Below the pieces are notes generated by a model that was given only the letters and a program-made list of their open reading frames with translations, searched no databases and had not been told where the DNA came from. From the NCBI GenBank assembly GCA_963818475.1, contig CAWFSF010000002.1, positions 480,001 to 544,000 on the forward strand: a stretch of 64,000 bases of DNA. The letters are read 5' to 3'. This DNA comes from Nitrospirota bacterium. GTDB lineage: Bacteria > Nitrospirota > UBA9217. Below, in pieces: positions 18,081-29,548 of the stretch (position 1 is the stretch's first letter; each line of letters begins with the position of its first letter). The position numbers were made by a program, and so were the translations under genes.

Positions 18081-19442
18081 TTACGCGATGACCGGAAGCT
18101 TTGCCAGCGATTTTTTGATGTCCTCTTCCGGATGCTCGTGGTCCATCAGCTTGCCTTCGCGATAGTCGGCATAGGCCTGGAGGTCCAGGTAGCCATGGCC
18201 GCTCAGGTTGAAGAGGATCGTCTTCTCCTTGCCCTCTTCCTTGGCGCGGAGCGCTTCGTCGATGGCCGCGCGGATCGCATGGGCGCTTTCGGGCGCCGGT
18301 ATGATCGCCTCGGTGTTCGCGAACTGCATGGCTGCTTCGAACACCGCGGTCTGGTGATAGGCCTGTGCTTCGATGAGCTTGTCATGGTACAGCTGCGAGA
18401 TAAGCGGCGAATCGCCGTGATAGCGCAGTCCGCCGGCGTGGATGCCGGACGGCATGAAGTCATGGCCCAGGGTATACATGGTCATCAGCGGCGTGAAGCC
18501 TGCCACATCGCCGAAGTCATACCGGAACTCGCCCTTGGTGAGCGTCGGGCAGGAGGTAGGCTCAACAGCAATGATCCGCACGTCTTTCCGGTTGCCCTTG
18601 ATCTTGTCGTGCAGGAAGGGGAAGGCGATGCCGGCGAGGTTGCTCCCGCCGCCGCAGCAGCCGATCACGATGTCCGGGTAGTCGCCGACTATCTCAAGCT
18701 GCTTCTTTGCCTCGAGCCCGATCACGGTCTGGTGCAGGCAGACATGGTTCAGGACCGATCCGAGCGCGTAGTTCGTGTCAGTGTGCGTGGCCGCATCCTC
18801 CACCGCCTCCGAGATGGCGATGCCGAGGCTGCCCGAGTTGTCCGGGTCGAGCTCGAGGATCTTCCTGCCCGAGTTCGTCGTGTTCGACGGGCTCGCATGC
18901 ACCGTGGCGCCCCAGGTCTCCATCATGATCCTGCGGTAGGGCTTCTGGCCGTAGCTCACCTTCACCATATAGACCGTGACATCGAGGCCGAAGAGCTTGC
19001 CGGCCAGCGCCATGGAGGTGCCCCACTGACCGGCGCCGGTCTCGGTCGCAATGCGCGTCATTCCCGCCTTTTTATTGTAGTATGCCTGGGGGATCGCGGT
19101 GTTCGGCTTGTGGCTGCCGGCGGGGCTTACGCCCTCATATTTGTAGTAGATCTTCGCCGGCGTGCCGAGCAGCTTCTCGAGCCGGTGAGCGCGGAACAGC
19201 GGCGCAGGCCGCCAGAGCGAATAGATGTCGAGCACCTCTTCGGGGATATCGATCCAGCGCTCCTGCGTCATTTCCTGCTCAATGAGCGCCATGGGGAAGA
19301 TGGGGGTCAGGTCGTCGGGTCCTACCGGCTGCTTCGTGGCCGGATGCAGCGGTGGCTTCGGAAGGTTCGGCATGTCCGCCATGATGTTGTACCACTTGGT
19401 CGGAATCTCTTTATCAGAAAGAACGATCTTGGTCTGTCTCAT
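18081..19442 (-). CDS. trpB2: TrpB2-type tryptophan synthase beta-like PLP enzyme
   Basis: [37 protein letters not shown]. Confidence 0.95.
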   Translation of the reverse strand: MRQTKIVLSDKEIPTKWYNIMADMPNLPKPPLHPATKQPVGPDDLTPIFPMALIEQEMTQERWIDIPEEVLDIYSLWRPAPLFRAHRLEKLLGTPAKIYYKYEGVSPAGSHKPNTAIPQAYYNKKAGMTRIATETGAGQWGTSMALAGKLFGLDVTVYMVKVSYGQKPYRRIMMETWGATVHASPSNTTNSGRKILELDPDNSGSLGIAISEAVEDAATHTDTNYALGSVLNHVCLHQTVIGLEAKKQLEIVGDYPDIVIGCCGGGSNLAGIAFPFLHDKIKGNRKDVRIIAVEPTSCPTLTKGEFRYDFGDVAGFTPLMTMYTLGHDFMPSGIHAGGLRYHGDSPLISQLYHDKLIEAQAYHQTAVFEAAMQFANTEAIIPAPESAHAIRAAIDEALRAKEEGKEKTILFNLSGHGYLDLQAYADYREGKLMDHEHPEEDIKKSLAKLPVIA

Positions 19443-19574
19443 ACTTCCTCCTCAGGCAATATGGTCCATGATACAGATGCAACAAAGTGCGGTTATTTTA
19501 TACTATTTAGGGGGCGTTTCACAACGGTATTTTGTTTCCGTGTTTTTCTGAGTCAGAGCTAGTCCTGAACGTCC

Positions 19575-19699
19575 TGACACTGTCAAATCGGATAAGATCG
19601 ATAACGGCATTTTTCCTGAACATGGTTCACGCAATAAGTGAGTGCGTTGTTTACGATTATCCGACCGCTGTAATGCGTGTCCAAATGCTTTTTTCAGGT
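19575..19699. repeat. MITE-like element, degenerate copy 3
   Basis: Shares CGGATAAGA..GATAACGGCA, GGTTCAC.CAATA.GTGA and CGTGTCCAAATGCTTTTTT with the 60314 copy. Confidence 0.7.
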
Positions 19700-19767
19700 A
19701 AGATTGTTCCGCGCGCAGAGGAGAAATTACCATAGCTCCTGACAAGAGGTGGATGTTCTCAGCCGCT

Positions 19768-20043
19768 TCACGAGCCGATAGAGAACATGCTTTCCAGGTC
19801 GTGGCGGGAGTGCACCCTGAACGCCATCAGTGTTTCGGACGTAAGGATGCCCTCTACTTTCAGCATATGGTTCGTCACCACTTCCGCCATCTGCTCGCTA
19901 TCCTTCACCCGGATGATCACGGCAAGATCGTACCTTCCGGCGACCGAATATACTTCCGTGATCCCCTCCATGTCTGCAAGCGCTTCGGCAACCGTATTTA
20001 CTTTGTCACGCGCCACCGTTAACAGGACCAGAGCTGTGTTCAT
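19768..20043 (-). CDS. Lrp/AsnC ligand-binding domain protein
   Basis: EVYSVAGRYDL, GILTSETLMAF; stand-alone RAM domain. Confidence 0.9.
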   Translation of the reverse strand: MNTALVLLTVARDKVNTVAEALADMEGITEVYSVAGRYDLAVIIRVKDSEQMAEVVTNHMLKVEGILTSETLMAFRVHSRHDLESMFSIGS

Positions 20044-20106
20044 AGAGCCTCCTCCACAAAGATTTGTTTCAGTATATCAGATTCCATCTTTCAAGGTTGC
20101 CGGTTC

Positions 20107-21022
20107 TCAGGTCCGCATGCATCGCGGCTCCGGCGCGGACAGGTCGCCGGTGTGGTGATAGGCATGGGCAGGACAGCCGCCATGGCATGCGGCGTGAAGA
20201 TCGCAGGTCCTGCGCGGGCAGCGGTTGCAGTCAAACTCCCTGAAGAAGGAAAGCACGGGATGATGCCAGAGGGTATCCAGCGGATCGGTCAGGATGTTGC
20301 CAAGCCGGAAATCGGGCTTGCCGAAGAACAGGTTGCAGGGATAGACCGAGCCGTCGGGCATGATCCCGAGCTTTGTCGTGCCGGCGGGGCACCGGACCTT
20401 CGCCAGCTCCGGATAGGTTGCGCAGTCCGGCAGAAAGCCGGAGCAGAAGACCGTGCCCACGTTCTGTCCTTGAACCGGCCCGGTGCCGCAGGGAAAGAAC
20501 TCATCAAAGGGCACCGTGTCCCTGAGCTGCGAACCTTCGAGTGCATCTTTGTACAGCAGGTAAAAGGTCTTCGGCTTCTGCAGAGAGGATCTCCTGGACG
20601 AGATGAACATCGAGCGCACGGGTGTGGACCATCTTGACGATCGGCCGATGGTCATGCATGAACGTGCGAACCGCGGCGAACGTTGCACGGTCGTTGATCG
20701 ACATGCCGATCGAAAGGTGATCGAACCGGGCAAGCAGGTCCTGCAGCTGCGGGATGTTCGTGCCGTTCGAGCTCATGTTCACGCGCAGGCCCCGGCGTCC
20801 GGCTTCGCGCAGGAGTCCGGGCATGTCATGGTGGAGCGTCGGTTCGCCGCCCATCAGGTCGATCGTGGTAACGGGCCACTCCCTGAGCCGGTCGAGCATG
20901 GTCCTGAAATCGATGAGCTCCATGTCCTCCATGAACGGCATGGTGTGGTTGAAGCAGAACGAGCAGGACCGGTTGCACCGGAGCAGAGGATAGAGCTGGA
21001 TGTAATCAGGGCCGGTTTTCAT
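20107..21022 (-). CDS. Radical SAM / SPASM domain protein (frameshift near 20580)
   Basis: CNRSCSFC, GGEP, SSNG; C-terminal CPAG...PDGSVYPC...CxxxxCxxxxxCHGGC. Confidence 0.88.
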
Positions 21023-21136
21023 AATTTCTATTGCGGATTGCCGAATGCGGAATTTATCCGTTATCCTCTACCCAGCGGGGAGAGGGCTGGGTGAGGGGGG
21101 ACTTTCCGGGATGCACCAAAATTTGCTTCGTTTGCA

Positions 21137-21996
21137 TTAAATGACGAAGGATCTTCCCTTCTTCTTGATGAACCCTTCCTTCTCCATCTGAACAAGATTG
21201 TCCTTCACCCGCTCCGCGTCCATAGCGACCTTTTTCACGATCTGCAGCGCAGTGAGCGGCGCGTCAGCAACCAGGACCTTGAGTATCCTGCCCCTTACCT
21301 GCCGGTTCGAGTTCTCGAACGGGGCTCTGGCGCGTATAATGTGCGCTCCTGCGGTTGGGATTGGCATGCTGCTGCTTCAGCATGGTCCCGTAGTCCATGA
21401 GAGCATTGTACCACGTCCGGGGGTCTGCGGGGTCCATGGTCCGCTCGACAAGAGGGATGAGCTCGTCATCATGGACACCTTCCTGGTCCTGAAAGAACTC
21501 GTGGATATAGACGCGGCGGATGTTCGTGTCCATGAAGACCACGGGCTTGTTGAATGCAAAGGCCATGACAGCGCCTGCGGTGTATGTGCCGATGCCCGGG
21601 AGCGCAAGAAGCTGCTCACGCTCGGACGGCAGCCTGCCTTTATGCTCTTCCACCACTTTTTGCGCGAGGGCTTTGAGCGCAAGGGCCCGGCGGTTGTAGC
21701 CCAGGCCGGACCAGAGTGACGAGCAGCTTCGGAAGCGGGGCTTGTGCCAGAGCGGCAAAGTCCGGGAAGGCGGCAAGGAACTCCCGGTACTTCCCGATCA
21801 CCCGCTCGACCTGCGTCTGCTGGAGCATGATCTCGGACACGAGAACGCGGTAGGGGTTTCGCGTTTTTCGCCAGGGCAGATCGCGGCCGCTTGCGTGGTA
21901 ATGGCCGTAGACCTTCTTCCGGAATGCACGGACCTCTGCTGAGGTGAGCTTGCTATTGTTCTTTGTTCGAAGATGCGTTGTGGTCTTCCTGTCCAT
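21137..21996 (-). CDS. mutY: A/G-specific adenine glycosylase, MutY-like (two frameshifts)
   Basis: RDLPWR, VLVSEIMLQQTQV, WSGLGYNRRA, LPGIGTYTA, DTNIRR, ALMDYG; no 4Fe-4S Cys motif. Confidence 0.85.
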
Positions 21997-22023
21997 GGTG
22001 TCGTTCCGGGGCAGCGGTGAGTT

Positions 22024-22677
22024 TTATTTTTTTCTGAGCAGAACATAGAGTGCGCCAAGGCCGCCGTCACACTGGCGCGCGGTGACGAAGGCAATGAGGT
22101 CCTTCCGATAGCGCCCCGCAAGCCGCTTGACGACCCACGCCTTGATCTGCGGCCCCTTGAGGGAGCGGAGCCCCCTGCCGTGGATGATCTTCACGCAGCG
22201 CAGCCCTTTTTTAAAGGACTCGTCAAGGAACTGTGCAAGCTCATCGTCCGCCTCGGCAACCGTACATCCGTGGAGATCAAGAAAGGCCTGGACGGAAAAG
22301 CGCCCCGCGTGCAGTTCCGGGAGGATGGTGTCGTGATACTCCGGGCTCACCCATTCCACGTATTCCTGCGTGTCCGGCAGATGCATCGGCCGGTGTCCTG
22401 CCGCGATCTCACCGAGGACCGTGAGCGCTGCGCCGTCCGGGTCACGGCATTCGGCTGCCGCTGTCGTCTTCCGGTGATGTTGAACACAGGGGAGCGCCCT
22501 GAAGGCTTCGATCTCATGGACATCACGCATCTCGCTGCTGAACAGCTCCTCGTCCGTATATTCTTCTTTTTTCTTTCGGCGCGGCGGAGGGGGAGGCGCA
22601 GCACGTGCGTTCTGCTCCAGCTCTTTTCGGAGCTTTTCAAAAGGACGCGGGGAAAATATCGCCTTCTTGGTGCTCAT
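22024..22677 (-). CDS. Smr domain protein
   Basis: LDLHG, IIHGRG, DGGLGALYVLL. Confidence 0.92.
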   Translation of the reverse strand: MSTKKAIFSPRPFEKLRKELEQNARAAPPPPPRRKKKEEYTDEELFSSEMRDVHEIEAFRALPCVQHHRKTTAAAECRDPDGAALTVLGEIAAGHRPMHLPDTQEYVEWVSPEYHDTILPELHAGRFSVQAFLDLHGCTVAEADDELAQFLDESFKKGLRCVKIIHGRGLRSLKGPQIKAWVVKRLAGRYRKDLIAFVTARQCDGGLGALYVLLRKK

Positions 22678-22807
22678 GGAGAATTATACCCCACTTATCG
22701 CACGGAGGCTACAGGGTTTTGACTACTGATTATGGAATGGAGGAGCTCCGATTCAAGGATACCCTTGCGGGGGACGCACGTAATACGTCGGTCTGTACTG
22801 TTTACGT

Positions 22808-25383
22808 TTACCTCGAAGCAGGAGGGAAAGATCGGTCGGTAGACGGAACAGCACCGTGCGGTCCGGCTCCGGCGGCAGCTTGCCGCATCACATGGATCTT
22901 CTGTCCCGGGAAGATAAGGTCGGGCGTGGCAATGCCGTTGTCCTTTACGAGGCGCGGATAGCTGTGCGGATTCCCGGTGAACCTCTTCGCAATGTTCCAG
23001 AGATTGTCGCCTTTTACCACCGTGTACACGAACTGCGCGGGCATGGTCTGGTTCGAAGGCACGATCACGTAGAGCGGGGGGTCCTTTTCAGTCTGCGGCG
23101 CGCTCTTCTGCGTCGTTGCCTGTTTCTCCGTCGTTTCAGGCATCGACGGGCTTCGCGGCTCCTGTCGTTTGGGCATGTTGAAGAGGTAGATGGCGAGCAG
23201 CAGCAAAAACGCAATCAGGGCCGCGATGCCTAGCTGCTCCCCGTTCTTCCGTGCCATGGACTGGGCCTCCTCGGGCCGGAGTTCACGGGAGAACTGCGGT
23301 TCCGCCTGTCGGTCCGCTTCCTCTTCCCGCTTAGGCGCGTCCGCGGCTGGCTGTTGCCGCGCTGCTTCCCATTCCCGTTTGCTGGCCTCTTCTTCTGCCC
23401 GGACCCGCGCTTCTTCGGCCGCCTTCCCGCGCGCCTTTTCCAGCGCCACGGCTTCGGCCTCTGCACGCGCGCGGGCCTCTGCTTCTGATTTCATTTTTTC
23501 CGCTCTTTCCTGCGTCTGTTTTTCTTCAATGACTTTTGCGTCGGCCTCTGCTTTTAAGCGCGCCTGTTCAGCAGCCCGAGACCGTGCCTCTTCCTCTGCC
23601 TGGAGGTTCTCCGCCTCGGCGCGTAGTCGCGCTTGTTCCCGTGCGGCTGCTCTGCTGCTGTTGCCCGTGCATTTTCTCTTCTGCCCACTGTCTCGAGCGC
23701 TGCTGCCTGTGCAGCATCCCCGGCGCCGGTATGGGGAACCGGCTGCTTGTACCCCGCTGTTCCGGCGTGCATGTCCTGGCCGGGACGGGCAACCTCAGGT
23801 TGACAAACGGTCTCTATCACGGGCGGAACAGCGGAATGCGCCCATTCCTGGTCCGCTTTTGGCGCTCCAGCCGGAGGACCGGCCGGGAGGTCCGTCAGCA
23901 GATTGGACGCATCAGGATGCTGCGCCGGCGCGATCGTTGCCGTCAATCCCGATTCAGGCGCACTGGCCTCCCTCAGTTCCGGCAACAGGTCGGCCACGAA
24001 CTCACGAACGGCCACCTTCTCGAAATGGGCCGCCAGGGACTCCACGTTTAGAATAAGCCTTACCATGCCTTCGTCCAGGTAACACCCGTACAGGATCTGA
24101 TGGGGCAGTGCAATGGGCATCTGACAATGCGCTTCGACAGGGAGCAGGCGGCTCTCTGCAACCTCATCCGTTATTACGAGGGCCTGAAAATCCCCGTTGA
24201 CGAGGTGCATCATCCGGCTCAGCGTCCCGATCGGTGAGCGCCTCCCGAAAAGCGCTGCCAGGTCCAGGACCGGGAGCAGTTCTCCCCGATGTTCCGCGAC
24301 CCCCAGCACGAGCTCCGGCGCCCCCGGCACGGGAACGAACGGCAATAACGCTAGGTCATCCTTCATCTCTTCTTTGGGAATGGCATGGCGAGTGCCCAGG
24401 AGCGAGAACTCGACGATCGCGGTGTCGCTCTTCTGGAACCGCGCAGGAAACAGGGACGAAGGGCTGAAGACCGCCTGCCCCGCCCGGTCCACGGCAGTGT
24501 CTTCTGCAGCGACGAACACGTTATTGTCGACGAGCAACCATATGTTCCCCTTCGCCAGGGCAGCGGCCGGAAGCCATGGTTTCGCGGCGAGTTTCGGCAG
24601 GGCGAGCACCGTGAGGTCCGGCCCCTCGACGACTCCGAGGTCCTGATCAACGCCAACACCGTATCGGGCACTCCGCGGCCCGGCAAGAAGAAGGCCCTTT
24701 TTGCAGGCCGCCGTCCCGAAATCCAGGAACGCTTCCGGCAGCATCACCGGCACCGCTGCACCGTCGTGTAGTGTGACGCCCACAAGCCGCCTCGGCTGAC
24801 CGGGAACCGGAGCGATGCCGCCCTCCCCGAGGGCAGTGTAATCCGTATCCTCTGCGTCGACGCAGAACAGCGCGCCGCCGACCAACAGCATCCTGACACG
24901 GCGGACGTCCGACAGGTCGATGGCGCGAGCGGGCGGCCCCGGTTCCGGGGACGGAAGTTCCAGGAGACCCTGCTTCAGCCGGTCATGAAGCGTGCCTATA
25001 TTGATAATGGGTACCAGCGATGCACCGCGCAACGCGCAGGTATCCGCAACAGGCGTTGCCAGGGCGGGAGGGAGGGACAGAACACCTTCCGGAGGGCATT
25101 CAAACCCTTCAACCTTCCCATCCACGCAAAAACCGGCGATCTTGTCATTTGCATTGATAATAAGAAAGGTCCCGTCCCGGGGACTCGCAAGAGGCGGATG
25201 GCCGAGGCAGGCGCCCAGATCGGCAATGACCGCGCTGCGGTCTTCGATGATCGCGATGCCGGCGATGACAGGAGGGCTGAGCGGAAGGTGATGGAGCGGC
25301 TTCGCGCCGTAGGCCGAAGAAACCGCGGCCTCCCATACACCATAATGGGCGCCGCTGATATTGAGCAGAAGCAGGTTGGGCAT
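22808..25383 (-). CDS. Triple CheW-like domain / coiled-coil / TM / LysM protein (one frameshift near 23650-23700)
   Basis: Three CheW-like repeats in ORF 23554-25383. The A/E/R-rich frame of ORF 22808-23494 extends upstream (EQARLRAEAENLQAEEEAR) into the CheW ORF. It ends with TM GIAALIAFLLLLAIYLF and LysM YTVVKGDNLWNIAKRF...DLIFPGQKI. Confidence 0.75.
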
Positions 25384-25625
25384 AGGATTAGTTGTGACGA
25401 GATGCTTCTAAATTCTCCATTCGTTCCTGTATGTTTTCCTCGGACTTCACAGGAGCAGGACCGCCCTCATCTCAACCAATCAGACGTCGTAGTAAAACCG
25501 GGCGTAGTATCGGTGAGGTGAGAGCCGGGTGAAGTCTACGAACGGCAATGTAATATAAATACCTCGACATGTAAAGACATTCATGTCAGACAAGACAGGC
25601 ATGACACAAACATTCGTGCGCGCAC

Positions 25626-25656
25626 AAAAAAAACCCATGCCGAGTATCAGCATGGG
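25626..25656 (-). terminator. Rho-independent terminator after rnpB
   Basis: Minus strand CCCATGC-loop-GCATGGG followed by a T-run. Confidence 0.7.
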
Positions 25657-25672
25657 CGTGAAACAAAAAGAT

Positions 25673-26044
25673 CAGAGCGGGTCGTAAGCCGAGTTCTGTC
25701 CTCCCGGTTGCCCGGAAGTGGTGATCATTTATCTGGGCCTTCGATTGCTCGAAGGCACGAGCGATCTACCCGGAAGTCTCGGACGGGCCGTCCTTACTCC
25801 CGATTGCTCGGGAGACGCTTCCCTATGTGACCTTGCTCCAGGCGGGGTTTTCCAAGCACTCCCGGTCGCCCGGGAATCTGGTGGGCTCTTACCCCACCGT
25901 TTCACCCTTACCCTTGCGGGCGGTCTTCTTTTCTGTGGCACTATCCATGGGGTCGCCCCCTGTCCCGTTTCGGGACCGCCTTGCCCTGCGGAGCTCGGAC
26001 TTTCCTCCCTCCGTTGCCGGAGAGCGATCACCTCACCCGCTCTG
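25673..26044 (-). ncRNA. rnpB: RNase P RNA (class A)
   Basis: Minus strand GAGGAAAGTCCGAGCTC, AGGGTGAAACGGTGGGGTAAGAGCCCACC, GACAGAACTCGGCTTA; terminal P1 helix CAGAGCGGGT/ACCCGCTCTG. Confidence 0.97.
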
Positions 26045-26058
26045 AATTCAAAGAACCA

Positions 26059-26161
26059 TTGCAAAGTGCAAATTGTAAATTGTAAAATTCAAACTGAACT
26101 GCCTGTATATCTTAAGTGTTTAAGCATTTTGCACTTTAAACTTTGCATTTTGCAATTTGCA
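26059..26161. repeat. 7-bp-periodic AT-rich inverted-repeat element
   Basis: (TGCAAAK/TGTAAAW)n left arm versus (TTTTGCA)n right arm, between rnhA and rnpB. Confidence 0.75.
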
Positions 26162-26564
26162 TTAAATCTTCTCATCGATCGCCTTGTTCGCCAGAGCATC
26201 CGCGTCGTGGTTTTGTTCCCGCGGAATGTATTGTACCTCCACGCTCCCGATCCTGGCAATCAGTTCCTTAACCCTGGCATGGAGCGGTTTCAGTCCCTCG
26301 TTCTTTACCTTGTATAGACCGTTCAGCTGCCTTACCATCAGCTCCGAATCCGCAAAGAGCCGCACCTTCGAAGCGCCAAGCTGCACGGCCCGCTCCAGGC
26401 CGATGATGGCGGCGGTATATTCAGCGATATTGTTGGTGGTCGTTCCCAGATACCGCGAGATCCCTTCCAGGGGACGGCCATGCTGACATGATGCTCACTC
26501 CTGCGCCGGCCTCGCCGGGATTGTTCCGGGAGGCGCCGTCGGTATAGATGGTCAGTTCCTTCAT
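26162..26564 (-). CDS. rnhA: Ribonuclease HI (frameshift near 26470)
   Basis: IYTDGASRNNPGEAGAG, TTNNIAEY, DSELMVRQLNGLYKVK, REQNHDADALAN. Confidence 0.9.
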
Positions 26565-26614
26565 ACTTCCTTTATCCATGGAGCAACCTTCAATCCACGG
26601 AGGTGGTCGCTGCT

Positions 26615-27341
26615 CAGGGAGCCTTTGGGCGATCGCTTCTTTATAGTACAGTATGCGGTTGCAGTTAGGGCAGGTGATGATGCTCTCGTTCTTTTTGACG
26701 TTCACATACACCTGCGGGGGAATGCTCATGTAGCAGCCGGAACAGGACTCGGCACGCGCCTCGGCAATGGCGATGCCGGCTTTGGTGTTCAACAGCTTTT
26801 CATACTGCGATGATCACTGTGGGCTGGACCAGCGAGACGATTTTCTGCTCTGGCCTGTTCCACCGCCTGCAGTTCTGTCTCGATCTTCGTGAATTCGGCC
26901 TCATGCTGTTTCTGTTCAGCCTGGATCGCGACCTCTTCCTCACGCAGCCGCTGCTCGGCAGTCGTGATCGCCGCCGCGGCGGCATCGATCTTTTCCATGA
27001 GCGAGATAATGTCATCCTCGATGGTCTTATTCTCCAGTTCTATCGTTTCGATTTCCTTCAGCAGCGCCTGGTATTCTTTGTTGTTCTTGATCTCCGACGT
27101 GCGCGTCTTCAGCTTCTCGACTTTCTGCACCCCCGCTTCCAGGTCCTGATCACGGTCCCGCTTGTTCTTCTGTGCCGTCAGAAGAGCTTCCTTGGCGCTT
27201 TCGAGCTCCGCCTGGCTTGCGGTGCGTTTGCTTTCGAGATCTAGCCAGAGCCTCGGGCAGTCTTTTTTTCTGTGCGGCAAGCGTGCGGATGTTTCCATCA
27301 ATTTCCTGAAGCTGTATAAGTAAGCCGAGCTGTTCGTCCAT
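26615..27341 (-). CDS. C4-type zinc-ribbon coiled-coil protein (DUF164/CT398-like), frameshifted
   Basis: LIQLQEID N-terminus, KNNKEYQALLKEIE, CSGCYMSIPPQ...CPNCNRILY; 3' end approximate. Confidence 0.85.
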
Positions 27342-27485
27342 CGCGCCTCCAAAAATAAAAATGCGCCTTGCGGCGCATTCTTGTGAACTGAGACCTACCG
27401 TGCTGTCCGCAGGCAGATACCCGTGTTAGACTTCGCTGTCGTTGAGATCCCCTGCATCTGCTGTACATCCTTCCCCATCAGAGAG

Positions 27486-27561
27486 TGGTGGGCCCACCAG
27501 GACTCGAACCTGGGACCAACCGGTTATGAGCCGGTAGCTCTACCAACTGAGCTATGGGCCC
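27486..27561 (-). tRNA. tRNA-Ile2 (anticodon CAT, lysidine type)
   Basis: GGGCCCATAGCTCAGTTGGTAGAGCTACCGGCTCATAACCGGTTGGTCCCAGGTTCGAGTCCTGGTGGGCCCACCA. Ile2 versus elongator Met is inferred from the acceptor stem and the position after rpoD. Confidence 0.92.
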
Positions 27562-27683
27562 TGCGGAAAACGCGTGTTCCAGAATGTTCCTGGTGACATG
27601 CAGGCCTGTCACAACGAGCTGCATCTTGCCACAACGCTGGTAAAATGTCAAGGAAACGCCGGGCACGGTCGAATCGTCCCCGG

Positions 27684-29486
27684 CTACTCCATGAAGCTCT
27701 TCAACTGCTTGCTTCTGCTGGGGTGGCGCAGTTTCCTGAGGGCTTTCGCTTCGATCTGCCGGATACGCTCGCGCGTCACGTCGAACTCCTGGCCGACCTC
27801 TTCGAGCGTATGGTCCGTCTGCTCGCCGATGCCGAACCGCCAGCGGAGCACCTTTTCTTCCCGCTCGGTCAGCGTGTTCAGCACCTTGCGGACCTGCTGG
27901 TGCAGGTTCTTCCGGATGGCCGATTCGAGCGGCGAGGCCACCTTCTTGTCCTCGATGAAATCACCCAGGTGGCTGTCCTCTTCCTCACCGATCGGCGTTT
28001 CCAGCGAGATGGGCTCCTTGGCGATCTTCATGATCTTGCGGACTTTTTCGACCGGCAGCTTCATCGTGGCGGCGATCTCTTCGGTGGAAGGCTCCCGCCC
28101 GAGGTCCTGCACCAGTCCGCGCGACGTGCGGATAAGCTTGTTCATGGTCTCGATCATGTGCACCGGGATGCGGATCGTCCGCGCCTGGTCCGCGATCGCC
28201 CGCGTGATGGCCTGACGGATCCACCACGTGGCATAGGTGCTGAACTTGTACCCGCGCTGCCATTCGAACTTGTCCACGGCCTTCATGAGGCCGATGTTCC
28301 CTTCCTGGATCAGGTCCAGGAACTGGAGGCCCCGGTTGGTGTACTTTTTGGCAATGGAAACGACCAGCCGCAGGTTGGCCTCAACGAGCTCGCTCTTGGC
28401 GTACTTGGCGCGCTCTTCGGCGCGCTCGTAGGACCGGAGCGCCTTTTTCAGGTCCTCGGCCGGTACGCCGCATTCGGTCTCGACCTTCTTGATGCGCTTC
28501 ACGGCATTGCGGTAGGTGCGCTCGACCGCCAGCAGGGCCTCCTGCCGCATCTCGAACCGCCGTGCGGCATTCTTGAGCTCCCGCTCGCCCTGGCGCATCC
28601 TCTTGAAAGCATCCTTCAGATCGGTCAGGGACCGGCCGGTCTTGCGTTCGAGCCCGTGGATCTCCCGCTCTGACTGCAGGACCTCGCTCACGAGCTCCCG
28701 GAGCTTCATGACGACACGGTCCGTCTGACGGCAGTGGATGTTCAGCGCTTCGAGCTTGTCGAAGAGGGCGTACCGCGTGGTCTGGATCTTTTCACGCAGG
28801 TCCTTCTTCTTCGCCTCGGTGCAGCGGCTGCTGGCCACGTGATTCACCAGCGTGTTGAGATCCTTGCTGTGCCGGTCGATCTCGCCGATCAGCTTAAGCA
28901 CGCGGGCATGCACTTCTTCCTCGTTCTGCGTCTGGATATCCTCCAGGTCGTCCTCGCCTGCATGGACGACCTCGTGGATGCTGATCTTTCCCTTCCGCAG
29001 CTTGTCGCCCAGGTCGTGCACATCCTGCAGCGAAAAAGGCAGGCTGTACAGGATCTGGGATGCTTCACGCTTCCCCTCTTCGATCCGCTTCGCGATCGAG
29101 ACCTCGCCTTCCTTGGACAGGAGGGGCACCGTCCCCATCTCCTTGAGGTAGAGGCGGACCGGATCATCGGTCTTCCCCACGCCGACCTCGACCTCTTCCT
29201 CCTCGGCCTCTTCCTCGGCCGCATCGTCGAGGCTTGCCTCCTCGGCATCAGCGCCTTCCTCCAGCTCATCTTCGGCCGGCTGACGCGTCTTGCTGTCGTG
29301 CCGCGTATCGGTGATGTCGATGTCGAGTTCGCCGTCCCCGAACAGCGAGATGATGCTGTCCAGTTGTTCCGTGGAAACATCCTCCGGAGGGATCGCGTCG
29401 CTCGCTTCCTCGTAAGGCATGTAGCCCCGCTCGGCGTTTTTCGCTGCCGGCTTTTTCGTATCCCCTGCCTTGCCCTTCTTTAACAT
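27684..29486 (-). CDS. rpoD: RNA polymerase primary sigma factor
   Basis: [60 protein letters not shown]; start placed after AGGAG at 29486. Confidence 0.97.
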   Translation of the reverse strand: MLKKGKAGDTKKPAAKNAERGYMPYEEASDAIPPEDVSTEQLDSIISLFGDGELDIDITDTRHDSKTRQPAEDELEEGADAEEASLDDAAEEEAEEEEVEVGVGKTDDPVRLYLKEMGTVPLLSKEGEVSIAKRIEEGKREASQILYSLPFSLQDVHDLGDKLRKGKISIHEVVHAGEDDLEDIQTQNEEEVHARVLKLIGEIDRHSKDLNTLVNHVASSRCTEAKKKDLREKIQTTRYALFDKLEALNIHCRQTDRVVMKLRELVSEVLQSEREIHGLERKTGRSLTDLKDAFKRMRQGERELKNAARRFEMRQEALLAVERTYRNAVKRIKKVETECGVPAEDLKKALRSYERAEERAKYAKSELVEANLRLVVSIAKKYTNRGLQFLDLIQEGNIGLMKAVDKFEWQRGYKFSTYATWWIRQAITRAIADQARTIRIPVHMIETMNKLIRTSRGLVQDLGREPSTEEIAATMKLPVEKVRKIMKIAKEPISLETPIGEEEDSHLGDFIEDKKVASPLESAIRKNLHQQVRKVLNTLTEREEKVLRWRFGIGEQTDHTLEEVGQEFDVTRERIRQIEAKALRKLRHPSRSKQLKSFME

Positions 29487-29548
29487 GCGCTGGTGCTCCT
29501 TTACGTACTGCATCATCTCTTTATCGCCAAGTGCGATAGAATTGGTTT

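Noticed and set aside
26421-26792. Apparent zinc-ribbon/RNase HI fusion ORF
   Set aside because: One extra A near 26625 would give a normal stop (..AQKAP*). Given the indel rate here, the read-through is probably an artefact.
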